IMG/VR virus record: IMGVR_UViG_3300043399_000877
Location: 124,001-188,000 of that record
Reading direction: 5' to 3' (one strand)
DNA length: 64,000 bases
Below are positions 1 to 10,000 of the stretch, in pieces. Both the position numbers and the translations under genes were made by a program. The notes beneath the pieces were generated by a model, which worked only from the letters and a program-made list of their open reading frames with translations, had not been told where the DNA came from and ran no database searches. The stretch's first letter is position 1. Every line of letters begins with the position of its first letter.

Positions 1-929
1 AGATCAACTTCGCTGGTGTCAATAGCTGCCACTTTGTTAAAAGTAATATTATCAAATTCTTTTAGTATAGAATCTTTTGTGACCCCATAGTATCTTCCCG
101 TGGGGTCTACAAAATGTTTTGTGAGATTTTTAATTAACTTTTTTTTTTGATCCGACATTGGGATGTCGTCTACGTTAACGGATTTAATCTTTTCCAAATA
201 AAGATCAGCATTTAGCCTTTCTACTTCTTTTTGCAAATATTGATATGCAACTTTGTACCAGTCAGTATTATATTCACAGTCTTGATATTCTTTAAACCAG
301 GGACCGCCTTCGGTGTAATGTATTACTTTTGGCTTTCCGTTATCTGGTTCCTTATACCAATTAACCAGCCAATTCCATTCATGACTTACTGCACCAATCT
401 CTGCATCTGTTAGCCATGTAAACCGATGAAAAAATGCTCCGGTTTTTTCCGGATCATTAACAAGAGCTTTTGTTAGGACTCGATTACTCGGATGCTCGCA
501 ATTTATAAGCATCATACTAGACCAGTTTTTTCTAGGGTACTGCGTTTGTTTTTGCCCATCCATTTTTATACCTTCTGCGGGTGTATAATCGTGTTGAGCA
601 CACATGATAGCATACTTGTCGTCTTTTAAATCAAACAACTTTGCAACATCTTCTACAAAAAGAAAGTCGCAATCTATAAACAAAGCCCAGCCCTTATATT
701 CCACTAATTCAGGTATAAGATATCGTGTATACGTAAATTCTGTAGCCGCAAGTTTATCAATATCTCGCCAATACAGGCCCGCCTGCCTTAACTCATGCTG
801 TTTTATTGGAATTATTTCAACTGGTACTGAAGCATGATCCAAGATGCTTTGTTTAGCAACTTGGTATGCAATGTCTTCTCTACTATCCCAACCAATAAAT
901 ATTTTTAATGGCTTAGTCTCTTCGTTCAA
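1..929 (-). CDS. GT-A fold glycosyltransferase (GT8-like), 3'-truncated by the window edge; absent from the ORF track
   Basis: Manual translation from a TTG at 929 (GGAGG SD upstream, overlapping the end of the upstream gene) gives MNEETKPLKIFIGWDSREDIAYQVAKQSI...TEFTYTRYLIP...ALFIDCDFLF...YPRKNWSSMML...WNWLV...KVIHYTEGGPWF. It has a DxD motif (DCD) and stays open to position 1. Confidence 0.85.
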   Translation of the reverse strand, partial: MNEETKPLKIFIGWDSREDIAYQVAKQSILDHASVPVEIIPIKQHELRQAGLYWRDIDKLAATEFTYTRYLIPELVEYKGWALFIDCDFLFVEDVAKLFDLKDDKYAIMCAQHDYTPAEGIKMDGQKQTQYPRKNWSSMMLINCEHPSNRVLTKALVNDPEKTGAFFHRFTWLTDAEIGAVSHEWNWLVNWYKEPDNGKPKVIHYTEGGPWFKEYQDCEYNTDWYKVAYQYLQKEVERLNADLYLEKIKSVNVDDIPMSDQKKKLIKNLTKHFVDPTGRYYGVTKDSILKEFDNITFNKVAAIDTSEVD

Positions 930-1677
930 TGTCTTCCTCCACGCACTGTTCACCATACTGTACTTCTAAAATATGACACGGAACATCTAGCGGGTTCGAT
1001 GTATGATGCCAGGTTCCTACTGGTATTACAAAAGTATCAGTTTCTGATAAGGTTACTGTATTTTTTACCCCATCCCATTCTGTATTTATAGAACATGAAC
1101 CTTTTAAAACAAACCAATGTTCACTTCTCTTAAAATGCCGTTGATCGCTAAGACTTTTTCCTGGCGTAATGACCAGCTCTTTAACTTTCATTCCGGGTTT
1201 TTCATCTAAAACTCGATACCAGCCCCACTGGCGCACAGTTTTTGGATTTTTCCAATCTTCAAGTATCCAGCTTGACGAGTTCTTTTTATCATCTCCGCCC
1301 ACACCCCATGCAAATTCCACCCAGGGAGAGTGCTTATATATAAATTCTGGACAGTTATCTGGTATACGATCACCACCGTTTGCAAATACCACGCGAGTAT
1401 CTGGGAACTTTTGCAAGCACTTGTATATTGCAAAATTCGCACTTCCGTCGTCGTCGTTAAAGTCGATAACTTCGTCAACAACTCCCAACTCTGCAATTAT
1501 AGCTGCTCTTTCATGCCATGGCATGAAAGGACGACCCTTCTTTCTAGTTAACCAAGCGTCGCTGTTAACACCAACAACGAGGTAATTTCCCAAAGCTTTT
1601 GCAGCTTTGAAGTATGCAATGTGTCCACTGTGAAGTGGATCAAATCCACCGGTAACAAGAACTACGTTTTTGGCCAT
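913..1677 (-). CDS. Cytidylyltransferase (TagD/HldE-C-like) fused to a cupin (mannose-6-phosphate isomerase type II C-terminal-like)
   Basis: N-terminal TGGFDPLHSGH (HxGH nucleotidyltransferase motif), GVNSD and FANGGDR; C-terminal RQWGWYRVL...LSDQRHFKRSEHWFV...WHH...ILEVQYG...EEDIER cupin signature. Confidence 0.9.
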   Translation of the reverse strand: MAKNVVLVTGGFDPLHSGHIAYFKAAKALGNYLVVGVNSDAWLTRKKGRPFMPWHERAAIIAELGVVDEVIDFNDDDGSANFAIYKCLQKFPDTRVVFANGGDRIPDNCPEFIYKHSPWVEFAWGVGGDDKKNSSSWILEDWKNPKTVRQWGWYRVLDEKPGMKVKELVITPGKSLSDQRHFKRSEHWFVLKGSCSINTEWDGVKNTVTLSETDTFVIPVGTWHHTSNPLDVPCHILEVQYGEQCVEEDIERRD

Positions 1678-1708
1678 TTAAATTTTTCCTTTATAGGTTT
1701 AATGTAAT

Positions 1709-1780
1709 TATTTAGATCTGTTTTGTAGATTTAAAAAAGCGGCTGTTCCTAATTATACAACATTTTTTGCTCCTATGCAA
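1709..1780 (-). promoter_or_regulatory. Sigma70-like promoter (TTGCAT-17-TATAAT) plus late-type CTAAATA motif for the leftward sugar operon
   Basis: Minus strand: TTGCAT 1780-1775, 17-nt spacer, TATAAT 1757-1752; CTAAATA 1715-1709. Confidence 0.55.
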
Positions 1781-1802
1781 TCTTTATTTGATAAATATTT
1801 TT

Positions 1803-2879
1803 ATGAAAAGAATAGCCGTAATTTGCGCATACCCTAAACACAACCCCGGAATGTATAGTGTGGATCTGGGTTTGGGTAGCATCGTTAATACTTTAGAAAA
1901 AGTTAAAGTTACAAGATTTAACATACAAGATAATTATTCTATAAAATCTGATTTATACAAATTAAAATACAATTTGTTATATGATGCGGCTCAATTAGAA
2001 AATTTTGACAAAATAATCATATGGGGTGATTTTCTTCTGTGGCTACTGTACGGAAAACATGAAATTTTATCAAAACAAAGAAAAAATCTAACATATGATC
2101 AAATTTTTGAAAAATGGTCTAACCTTATATTTTTAAAAAATAGACCAGACCTTCAAAAGAAAGTTATAATTTATGGAACAACACTGTACGGGATTAACAG
2201 TGAACAATTATCCAACAATGATTATCTCAGTATGCTATCTGAGCTATGCGACAACGCACAGTCGATTAGTTTTAGAGATGTTTTTTCAGCTAATTTTATT
2301 TCTCAAATTTCACAAAACAAAAATGTTTCATATAGAGTAGATTGTGCATTTCATTTTAACACCGATAAGATTTTAAAAAATATACAAGATTCACCATACC
2401 TATGCTATTCATTTGGTAGAAGTGGTTGCGATGCAAAACTTGAAGAGTTTGCTAAAGAGGTCGCTAACTCTATGAATCTTAATGCAGTAAACTTAAATTG
2501 GCTTGACAAGAGCGGACTTCCGGGTCTTATTAACAAAATTTCTGTCATAAAAGGATCTTCGGGATTAATTACCGACATATATCATTGTGGTATTACCGGC
2601 ATGAGAGAAAGCGTTCCGGTAATAGGAATAGGTATGGGTGCTTCAACAATTTCATCAACATTGTCTGATAAGAAAAAAGAAGTATTTTTTACACAAAGTT
2701 TTGCAAATCAAAATTACATATATGCAGAAAGTATTCTTAATCCTGAAAATAAAACTAATTTAATAGCGGACACCTGTTTAAAATTAAGCAATAGTCACGC
2801 ACATGAAATAATCAACTCATTTATAAAGAAGAAAACCGAGTCTGACAAAGATAGTTTAATTTTTGAAATTTTAAACTAA
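1803..2879 (+). CDS. Polysaccharide pyruvyl transferase-like protein
   Basis: Start refined to ATG 1803 (MKRIAVICAY..NPGMYSVD), just after ATAAATA at 1791-1797. Motifs IIWGDFL, YGTTL, ISFRDVFS, VDCAF and ITDIYHCGI match the PS-pyruvyl-transferase pattern (GG/SVRD/D.AF/T.S.H). Confidence 0.6.
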   Translation: MKRIAVICAYPKHNPGMYSVDLGLGSIVNTLEKVKVTRFNIQDNYSIKSDLYKLKYNLLYDAAQLENFDKIIIWGDFLLWLLYGKHEILSKQRKNLTYDQIFEKWSNLIFLKNRPDLQKKVIIYGTTLYGINSEQLSNNDYLSMLSELCDNAQSISFRDVFSANFISQISQNKNVSYRVDCAFHFNTDKILKNIQDSPYLCYSFGRSGCDAKLEEFAKEVANSMNLNAVNLNWLDKSGLPGLINKISVIKGSSGLITDIYHCGITGMRESVPVIGIGMGASTISSTLSDKKKEVFFTQSFANQNYIYAESILNPENKTNLIADTCLKLSNSHAHEIINSFIKKKTESDKDSLIFEILN

Positions 2880-3446
2880 ATCGCGTGTGAAGCTAAATTC
2901 ATCAGTTATGTAGGTTACTACAGTGTTGATGGGGTCATAAAATTTTAAATCTAGTATTCCATCGCACAGCATGACATCTGCTGGCATTGCACCTTCGGTA
3001 TTTACAAAATTTACCAGCTTGGTTGCTCCCTCAGGAGTTATGCAATAAGCCATGGCACCTTCATACCAATTTCCCACATATATGTGTTTTGCTTTGGGGC
3101 CGGTTGTTATCTTGATTGCGTCAACAAACTCTACATCTGGGAAAGTCCCGTTGATTGTTACATCATGCTCTAATATACATATGGGTTCATTTAATTCGAT
3201 ACATTTTTTCCACAGTCTATAGTGACTTAGAAAACAACCTATAACACCCGGTTTTTCAAGATACCGTGCACCTTTTTTAAATTTTGTATTAACCTTTACA
3301 CCAAACTCATGTAGTGAAGTTTTGGTTCCGTCAGTACCTTCAAAATACTCTATATCCCAGTTAAATTTTTTAGCTGTATCATAGGCATTCTGGGCCCATC
3401 GTACACTGTTCTCATAATCACTTAATCTAATAACGTAACTTTTCAT
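2871..3446 (-). CDS. Glycosyltransferase family 25 (LPS-biosynthesis type)
   Basis: YVIRL, FEGTDG, GVIGCFLSHYRLWKKC, ICILEHDV, AYCITPEGATKL, PADV. Confidence 0.85.
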   Translation of the reverse strand: MKSYVIRLSDYENSVRWAQNAYDTAKKFNWDIEYFEGTDGTKTSLHEFGVKVNTKFKKGARYLEKPGVIGCFLSHYRLWKKCIELNEPICILEHDVTINGTFPDVEFVDAIKITTGPKAKHIYVGNWYEGAMAYCITPEGATKLVNFVNTEGAMPADVMLCDGILDLKFYDPINTVVTYITDEFSFTRDLV

Positions 3447-4075
3447 ATGTACTTTTTATACCAATCTAAATACTTTTCTGTTTCTTTTTGTTCACCTTTG
3501 AGTGTCAAAAATATGCTATCCTGTTTATTTTTTCCAATACTTACCCATTTGGAATCCAGCATGTGATAGTTATGTTTTTCGTTAAGCAATTTTAAAACAT
3601 GTTGATCTCTTCCAAATTTCCATTCTGAAACTGGTTCTTTGTTGAGCTCATTTGCAAAGTCATATCTAAAATCGCTATTATCGAAACTAACCAAGCAGGC
3701 TAGCCATTTGGTACCTTTAGGATGCTTGAGAACCGTTGTATGTTTAAAAAGTTCAGAAAATTCTTGTTCACCGAATGCTCGTGTACAAATGCTATCAGCA
3801 TCCAAAGTTATTACATATTCATTTTTTGAGAACTTGTCTGCCACTTTTAAAAATCTAACTGCTTGTAAATAACCTATACGAGATTCATCATTTTCAAATA
3901 CACGATTCTCGAATGTATAGTTTACAAAAGGCAACGGAGAAAAGTCATATGGATTTACTATATGACAGTGCAGTGCTATCCAAGGATTATGATAATTAAT
4001 AGATTTTAAAAGATTTTCACCCCAGTCAGCATAATATTTTTGATCAACACCGATTAATATATTATACAGATGCAT
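3443..4075 (-). CDS. Putative GT-A glycosyltransferase-like protein
   Basis: ATG 4075 overlaps the uvsY end; YLQAVRFL, ITLDADS (DxD), GRDQHVL, KWVSIG. Confidence 0.5.
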   Translation of the reverse strand: MHLYNILIGVDQKYYADWGENLLKSINYHNPWIALHCHIVNPYDFSPLPFVNYTFENRVFENDESRIGYLQAVRFLKVADKFSKNEYVITLDADSICTRAFGEQEFSELFKHTTVLKHPKGTKWLACLVSFDNSDFRYDFANELNKEPVSEWKFGRDQHVLKLLNEKHNYHMLDSKWVSIGKNKQDSIFLTLKGEQKETEKYLDWYKKYI

Positions 4076-4517
4076 CTTCCATTCCTGCAACCCTCAACTT
4101 AACTATGTTAGTGATTTGCCATTGTTTTTGATCTAATGCCTTGAGTACTCCCAACCATTTATTTCGCAACAACGCAAACTCATTAATAATTTTTTCGTAA
4201 TCAACAACATCTGGCTCACCATCGACGTATTTTTCAACATCGCGGCTACTGAGTGCTCGTTGATAATTTTCCAAGTATTTGCGGAAAAATGAACTGCGCA
4301 ATCTGCGCAGTTCAATATTAAGATATTCTAATATGGCTTCTATCTCTTGCAATTGATTGAATCTGTGTTCGACAATTCCCGGAAGTTCAGCAGCAGATTT
4401 TTCTACATTTCCACGTAACTTAACTTCGTGTTTAGCAGATAGTAACTCGTTTTCAAAATATATTATTGCATCTGGAATCTTTGAAACATCTCTTGATATT
4501 TCACTATACCATCCCAT
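4062..4517 (-). CDS. uvsY: UvsY-like recombination mediator
   Basis: 151-aa helical protein with YLENYQRALSSRDVEKYVDGEPDVV and RNKWLGVLKALDQKQWQITNIVKLRVAGMED; lies next to uvsX. Confidence 0.75.
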   Translation of the reverse strand: MGWYSEISRDVSKIPDAIIYFENELLSAKHEVKLRGNVEKSAAELPGIVEHRFNQLQEIEAILEYLNIELRRLRSSFFRKYLENYQRALSSRDVEKYVDGEPDVVDYEKIINEFALLRNKWLGVLKALDQKQWQITNIVKLRVAGMEDASV

Positions 4518-4738
4518 TATTCATCCCACTCGCTTTCATCATCGCTGTCTATATCAAGGTAGTATGATATAGCATCGTCAAGGTATGCATCCGCACCCAA
4601 CGATTCTTTTAATGTTTCATCAGGCACTCCGTAATCTGCAAGCATGTCAACATACTTTTCAGCTACTACGTCAAGTGTTTTCTTATCAATATATTCCTTA
4701 AACAAGGTCCAGATTTCAACTATCTGATCTTCCTTCAT
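4517..4738 (-). CDS. Small acidic hypothetical protein
   Basis: ATG 4738 (MKEDQIVEIW...) overlaps the recA end; its stop overlaps the uvsY start. Confidence 0.7.
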   Translation of the reverse strand: MKEDQIVEIWTLFKEYIDKKTLDVVAEKYVDMLADYGVPDETLKESLGADAYLDDAISYYLDIDSDDESEWDE

Positions 4739-5816
4739 CGTCCTCAAACTCCTGGTTATCAACTGCTTCTTGGTCAGTTTCAGCACTATTTATAAACATG
4801 TCTGGATTTTTGCTTATATCATCCATTATCATATCCATAAGATCGCCCTTCCAGGCTTTTCTATATTCCAACACTTCTTCTCCACGAGTATTAGTATACT
4901 TGTAGCGATTCCCCTGTTTTACTAGCAGTCCTTGTTTTTCAAAAAGATCAAATAAACCACTGTAAGGATCCATTCCGGTAGTATATGGAATTTTTACTTC
5001 TACATCTTCAAACGGTTTTGCATAACGTGTTTTCATAACTTTGCACTTTGCACGAATACCGTTTACTTCGCTGGTCTTATTGCCATCTTCGTCTTCTTTA
5101 AGTTTGAGCTTCTTCATAGCAATAACAACACTACTTGCATAAATGAAGCCAGCACCACCGGAAATCTTATCATCTGGATCAAACATGTCTTGACTTGCAT
5201 AAGTGTGATTGGTAACCACCATACCCACGTTATAACTGCCGAACATGTTAACGCAGTTTGTAACAAGTGCCTTGAGTGCCTTTGCCTTGCGACCCATATC
5301 GCCTTTCATGTCACCAGCATCAAACTGATTGACTTCAGTGGGCGTCATTAACATGCCCAAACTGTCAACAACAAACAAGACTTTTGGACGATCTTTTTCA
5401 TCCATATCCTTGTAGTCTTTCATAAAGGTGCTGATTGTCTTGGCAACATCGTCAATCATTGCCATATTTAATTTTAACAGTTTTTCTTCACTTGTATCAA
5501 CGTCAAGTGCTTGAAGCCAGCTTTCGTCAAGAGCATTTTCACTGTCAATTAATACAACAAATATGCCCTGTTCTTGTGCGTGTCTCACTATGTTTCCGCT
5601 GCAAATATAACTTTTACCAGAGCCTGATTCTCCAGCAAACACACTCACTTTGCCTAAGGGAATTCCCTTGCGAAAGTCTCCGCTTATTAGATAATTTAGT
5701 GCATAATTGCCGGTACTGATCCAATCAGTTGGATCGTGAAATCCTGCACTCATGCCAGTAATACTTTTTGTCAGATTTGTTCTGAACTTTGTTGGGTCGA
5801 ATGTTTTAGAAGCCAT
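4716..5816 (-). CDS. uvsX: RecA/UvsX recombinase
   Basis: Walker A GESGSGKS, FVVLIDSENA, LFVVDSLG, VVTNHTY, ISGGAGFIYASS, KTRYAKPF. Confidence 0.96.
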   Translation of the reverse strand: MASKTFDPTKFRTNLTKSITGMSAGFHDPTDWISTGNYALNYLISGDFRKGIPLGKVSVFAGESGSGKSYICSGNIVRHAQEQGIFVVLIDSENALDESWLQALDVDTSEEKLLKLNMAMIDDVAKTISTFMKDYKDMDEKDRPKVLFVVDSLGMLMTPTEVNQFDAGDMKGDMGRKAKALKALVTNCVNMFGSYNVGMVVTNHTYASQDMFDPDDKISGGAGFIYASSVVIAMKKLKLKEDEDGNKTSEVNGIRAKCKVMKTRYAKPFEDVEVKIPYTTGMDPYSGLFDLFEKQGLLVKQGNRYKYTNTRGEEVLEYRKAWKGDLMDMIMDDISKNPDMFINSAETDQEAVDNQEFEDDEGRSDS

Positions 5817-5831
5817 GATTTATCCTTGTGT

Positions 5832-5862
5832 AAAAAAGGTTGGGGAACGAGTCCCCAACCTT
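5832..5862 (-). terminator. Intrinsic terminator between SSB and recA
   Basis: Perfect 11-bp stem AAGGTTGGGGA (5836-5846) / TCCCCAACCTT (5852-5862), followed by a U-tract on the minus strand. Confidence 0.8.
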
Positions 5863-5869
5863 ATTTGAA

Positions 5870-6874
5870 TTATTCCTTCTTGGAACGTGCTCTGATCATT
5901 GCAAGAATGTCTTGTGCGCCGCCGCCGGCTGGGGCTTTGGGTGCTTCTTGCTTTGGTGCTTCCGTTTTTGCCTGAGCCGGAGCAGGCTCTGAATCAAAAG
6001 GGATTTCGTCGTCATCTGCAACTGGTGCAGAAGGACGTCCTGCTGCTGGAGCCGAACGGCCACCGGATACCGGGTCACCAGTCTGTGCTGACATACCAGC
6101 AGGCTTGAAGTATTGGCTCCAACGATCAGCGTCATATGCTTCACCGTCTACGCTTGCTTCAAACATTTCCTTTATGACTTTAAGTTCAGTTTCGGAAGGC
6201 TTCTTCGGAAGGAAATCGCTAAGATTGTAAAGACCAAATTGGTTTACTGCATGCATTTCTGCATCACTAAGCGGTCTGCTTCTCATAGCCCACTTGCTGG
6301 TTCCGTAGTCTGCAAAACCACCCTTGCTGGTTTTGTTAAGACGGAAGTCAATTCCATGGCTATAATCAGTTGGGAGTTCTTCCATATCAGGATCAAGCAA
6401 TGCTGCTTTGATCAGTTGATAAATTTGAGGTCCAAGAATAAATCTACGAATGGGATTTTCTGGAACAGTATCTTCTTTCATATCTGTGGAAACTACAAGT
6501 CCCTGTGCGATGTAGCTTCTCTTCTTCCAGTACTTTCTACCAAGTTCTTCTAGGCTGGGGTCTTTAAACCAACCACGAACTTCGCTGAGAATCGGGCATG
6601 ACTCATTATACATTTCCATGCAAGGAACTTGCACTTGAACCGGACGGCTATCAGCTTCACCCTTTACGCCAGCGAACGGCAGTTTAATAACCAAACGTTC
6701 TACCCAAAAGAATGTATTCTGATCGTTACCATCAGGAAGGAATCTAATTGTTGAGGATTGTCCTTCTTTCATGTTCCAGAACGGAAAAATACCATTATCT
6801 GAAACCATATTAGAACCGGATGATCTAGTTTCCTGTTCTTTTAACTTTGCCCGAATTTCTGCCAAACTTGCCAT
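5870..6874 (-). CDS. gp32: Single-stranded DNA-binding protein (T4 gp32-like)
   Basis: IRFLPDG, FFWVER, PCMEMYNESCPI, YWKKRSY, GIDFRLNKTSKGGFADY, acidic/Pro-Ala C-terminal tail ending DILAMIRAR. Confidence 0.9.
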   Translation of the reverse strand: MASLAEIRAKLKEQETRSSGSNMVSDNGIFPFWNMKEGQSSTIRFLPDGNDQNTFFWVERLVIKLPFAGVKGEADSRPVQVQVPCMEMYNESCPILSEVRGWFKDPSLEELGRKYWKKRSYIAQGLVVSTDMKEDTVPENPIRRFILGPQIYQLIKAALLDPDMEELPTDYSHGIDFRLNKTSKGGFADYGTSKWAMRSRPLSDAEMHAVNQFGLYNLSDFLPKKPSETELKVIKEMFEASVDGEAYDADRWSQYFKPAGMSAQTGDPVSGGRSAPAAGRPSAPVADDDEIPFDSEPAPAQAKTEAPKQEAPKAPAGGGAQDILAMIRARSKKE

Positions 6875-6983
6875 AATTTTTCTCCTTTAAATGCCTTGTT
6901 ATGCCTATTGTGCCTAAATGTTATGTAGCACATTTCTTATACTACACTTTTTATTTATCTTGTCAACTAAAATATTATATTAA

Positions 6984-7008
6984 TTTGGCGGATCAAAGAC
7001 CCGCCAAA
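6984..7008 (-). terminator. Hairpin/terminator at the end of the 1022-aa gene
   Basis: TTTGGCGG (6984-6991) / CCGCCAAA (7001-7008) stem followed by an AU-rich tract. Confidence 0.6.
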
Positions 7009-10000
7009 CTTCTAATTCTTGATATTTCTGGGTTTTCAGAAACTGCATATTCCTTAAATGTACCATGTACACGATTTATAAACTCTGTGGCCATTGGTAC
7101 ATAATGGTCTCCATATTTCTTTTCAACCATGGTTAATACTGATGTTTCGCCTTTGGGGAACTGTCCGCTATTTCTATCATAGAAGGACAGTATAAAATCG
7201 CCTAATGAGGTCATCGGCTTCTCAGGTTGTGGCATGCCACCATCACCATCGTCGCATCCGCACTCGTCAGTTTCTTCTTCTTCAAATGCCGGTTTGCCCA
7301 AATACTTTTGCCTTAGTCCTGATAATGCTCTAGTGTTTTGTCCGTCAATGTATGCATCGAGATTTTTCAAATGCATTGCTGCCTCTTGGTCACCTTGTTG
7401 CGCTGCAACTGCCAGTGCCTGTCCTAATGGTGAGTTTTTGGCACTTATTGCGTCAAGTGCCATGTTGCCGCCCATGCCGGCCATGCCTATTAGAGCCAAT
7501 ATTTTTAGTTTATCGCGCATGCCTTCATCAACTGGTATGTCTGTCTGTTCTTTAAAGTTTCTTGGATCAAATTCCCATATTTTGCTGTTACCAAATTTTT
7601 CTACATTTTTTGGTGAATCAGCAAATTTCCTTAAATTGTCTAGTTGTTTTTTACCCAACACAAATCTTTTAATATTTGGTCTCCAATATTTCCGCATAAA
7701 GTCTTGCTGAGTTCTGTGCATAAAATCCAACAACTTTGGGTTCTCAAGAGATACGTAATACACTCTTTCCTGTGTTGCCGGTTCTACCCTGGCAGTATCA
7801 CTCCCCCAATTTGCTGTTTTTTGTTTTGGTTTAATAAGGCCGGCTTTCCCACCACCAACACCCTTTTCCTTGGGAGTTGCATGTACTACCTCTACATTTG
7901 GGATTTTTCCTTCATTTGCGTCATTTAGGTATTCTCCCAAGTATGGGTGTTTTTTTGCTGTTGCTGCATCAGGCCAAACCAGCAAAGCTTTTCTAATTCC
8001 CAACATTTGATCTGTTGCAAACAATTTTTGCACTGCTCGGTCTACAGCTTCATAAGATTTACCAAAAATAGTAGCTCTTACTTGAGCATCCTTGTATTGT
8101 ACATCGGCCGGTGTGTTACCTGGTCCCGCAATCATAAACAGCGACGGTTTTGTTTTTCCAACACCTGTAGCTGATCCACCGCGTTCAACAAATCTTACAA
8201 AAATTGTGTCACCGGCTTCGGTTATTGTTGACTCGCCAAATTGTCCCATAAGGCTTTCGTAGTAATCATCTATTTGAGATTCAAATGAGCTTTCTGTTCT
8301 GGCTGAGCCAACCGTAACTGCCGGTACATTAAATTTTAGTAGATCGCCCTTGTCCAACACAACGCTGTCAAACTTCATAGGATATTCGTAATGTCCGTCT
8401 TTGTTTTGCGACGGTTTTCCGATAATATAACGGCCGTTTGCAACCAACTCAGCAAGTTGTACACGCTTGCTTGACAACTTCACACCTATAAGCGGATTGG
8501 CACCATTATTTCTAACACCGGCTCTTGTAAACCCGTCTGCTGTGAGTAACTCTGGCATATCACCAAACTCATACATGTTTGCAATAACAAGAGTCGGACC
8601 CGGGGCTATTTTTGCATAAAACTTCTTGGGATCGTCTATTCCGAGGTCGTCGGCATCGTTTGCCATAAAGTCATGTGTAAACGCTACGTTAAAGTCTAGA
8701 GTTGCGTCTCCGGTAACTTTTTTCGAGTTAGCCATACGAGCGTCCAACTTCTGTCGCACCATTTCTACAGCTTTTTCTGGCTTATTTGACAAGCTCTTAG
8801 CGTCTTCTACTTCTCTGTTAGAAGCATTACTGATTGCAGTTGCCATAAATTGATTTTGTATTACTTTTGAAAGCGAGACATAAATTCTAAAATTATTGTA
8901 GTCTGGGTCGGCAACTTTAAAGTTTTTGTTGGTTTTATAACGATCATTTTCGTCAAGTTCAGTTTCTTCTGGTACACAGTTTGGAACTTCTTTTCCACCC
9001 TTGTCTTTCATACCCAGCTGTCTATAACCTTTCCAGCAAGGATCGTCAGCTTCTGCCACTAGTTCATCGGGTCCCAGTAATGTTGGTTTTGAACGTTCGC
9101 TAACTATACGATATATGTAGGGGAAAACGTCTTTTAGTTCTTCATTAAACTGGCGTATTGTAAGTTCTTCAATCCAATTTTCAGCAACATCTGATGGAAC
9201 TTCTTCAAGCACTGTTTGTTCAAAATTTTCGAAAGCTTCGCGATAAAATGTTTCTCTTTGGAGATGTTCTATTCTTTTTCTTACTTCGATAACTCGTTCG
9301 TTTACTGCGTCAACATACTGTGCAAGGCTTTCTGCCATTACACCGCCACGACCCATGTATCTCTTAAACTTACCAAGTTTGCCCAGCTCTTCACTCAAAC
9401 CAACAATATGACTACCAAAATCGTCGTATGGGTTACCGCCTTCACTTACGTGTCGCGCCATTGCCTTTGCACCATTTAAGTGTTTTATTGGATATTTGAA
9501 TCTTTCACCTTGACTGCTTTCAACATATATACTTTCTATATGTTGAGCGCGGCCGCCGGCTACTTCTTGATTTACTGGTTGACTATGATGTATAACTAGC
9601 CTTGCTTCACCAATATTCAAGTAACTCTTCATACTTGTTCCATAAAATTTGCTCTCGGTCATAGCATTTCCTTTAAATTTTTCACTAGACATTACCTGAT
9701 AGTCACGTTTTGTAAGATTGCTTTTATCAATGTCACGAACGTCGAAAGTTAGACGATTTATATTGGCAATCTTTCTTATTTTTCTTAAAAAATCATACCA
9801 AGACTTTTTAACGTTATTGGGTTGGTCTGATACAAAGTTTTTTTTATAAATTACAGATATGGCACGCTCATCTAAACTTACACTAACTTTTCCAAGTTTG
9901 GCTTCATCTGTGCTATAAGTAAAATCAAAAAATCTAGCATATTCAGGTTCAGTAACGACAGTCGCAGAATCGTCGCCCAGCTTGAGATCAGCAAACTGGG

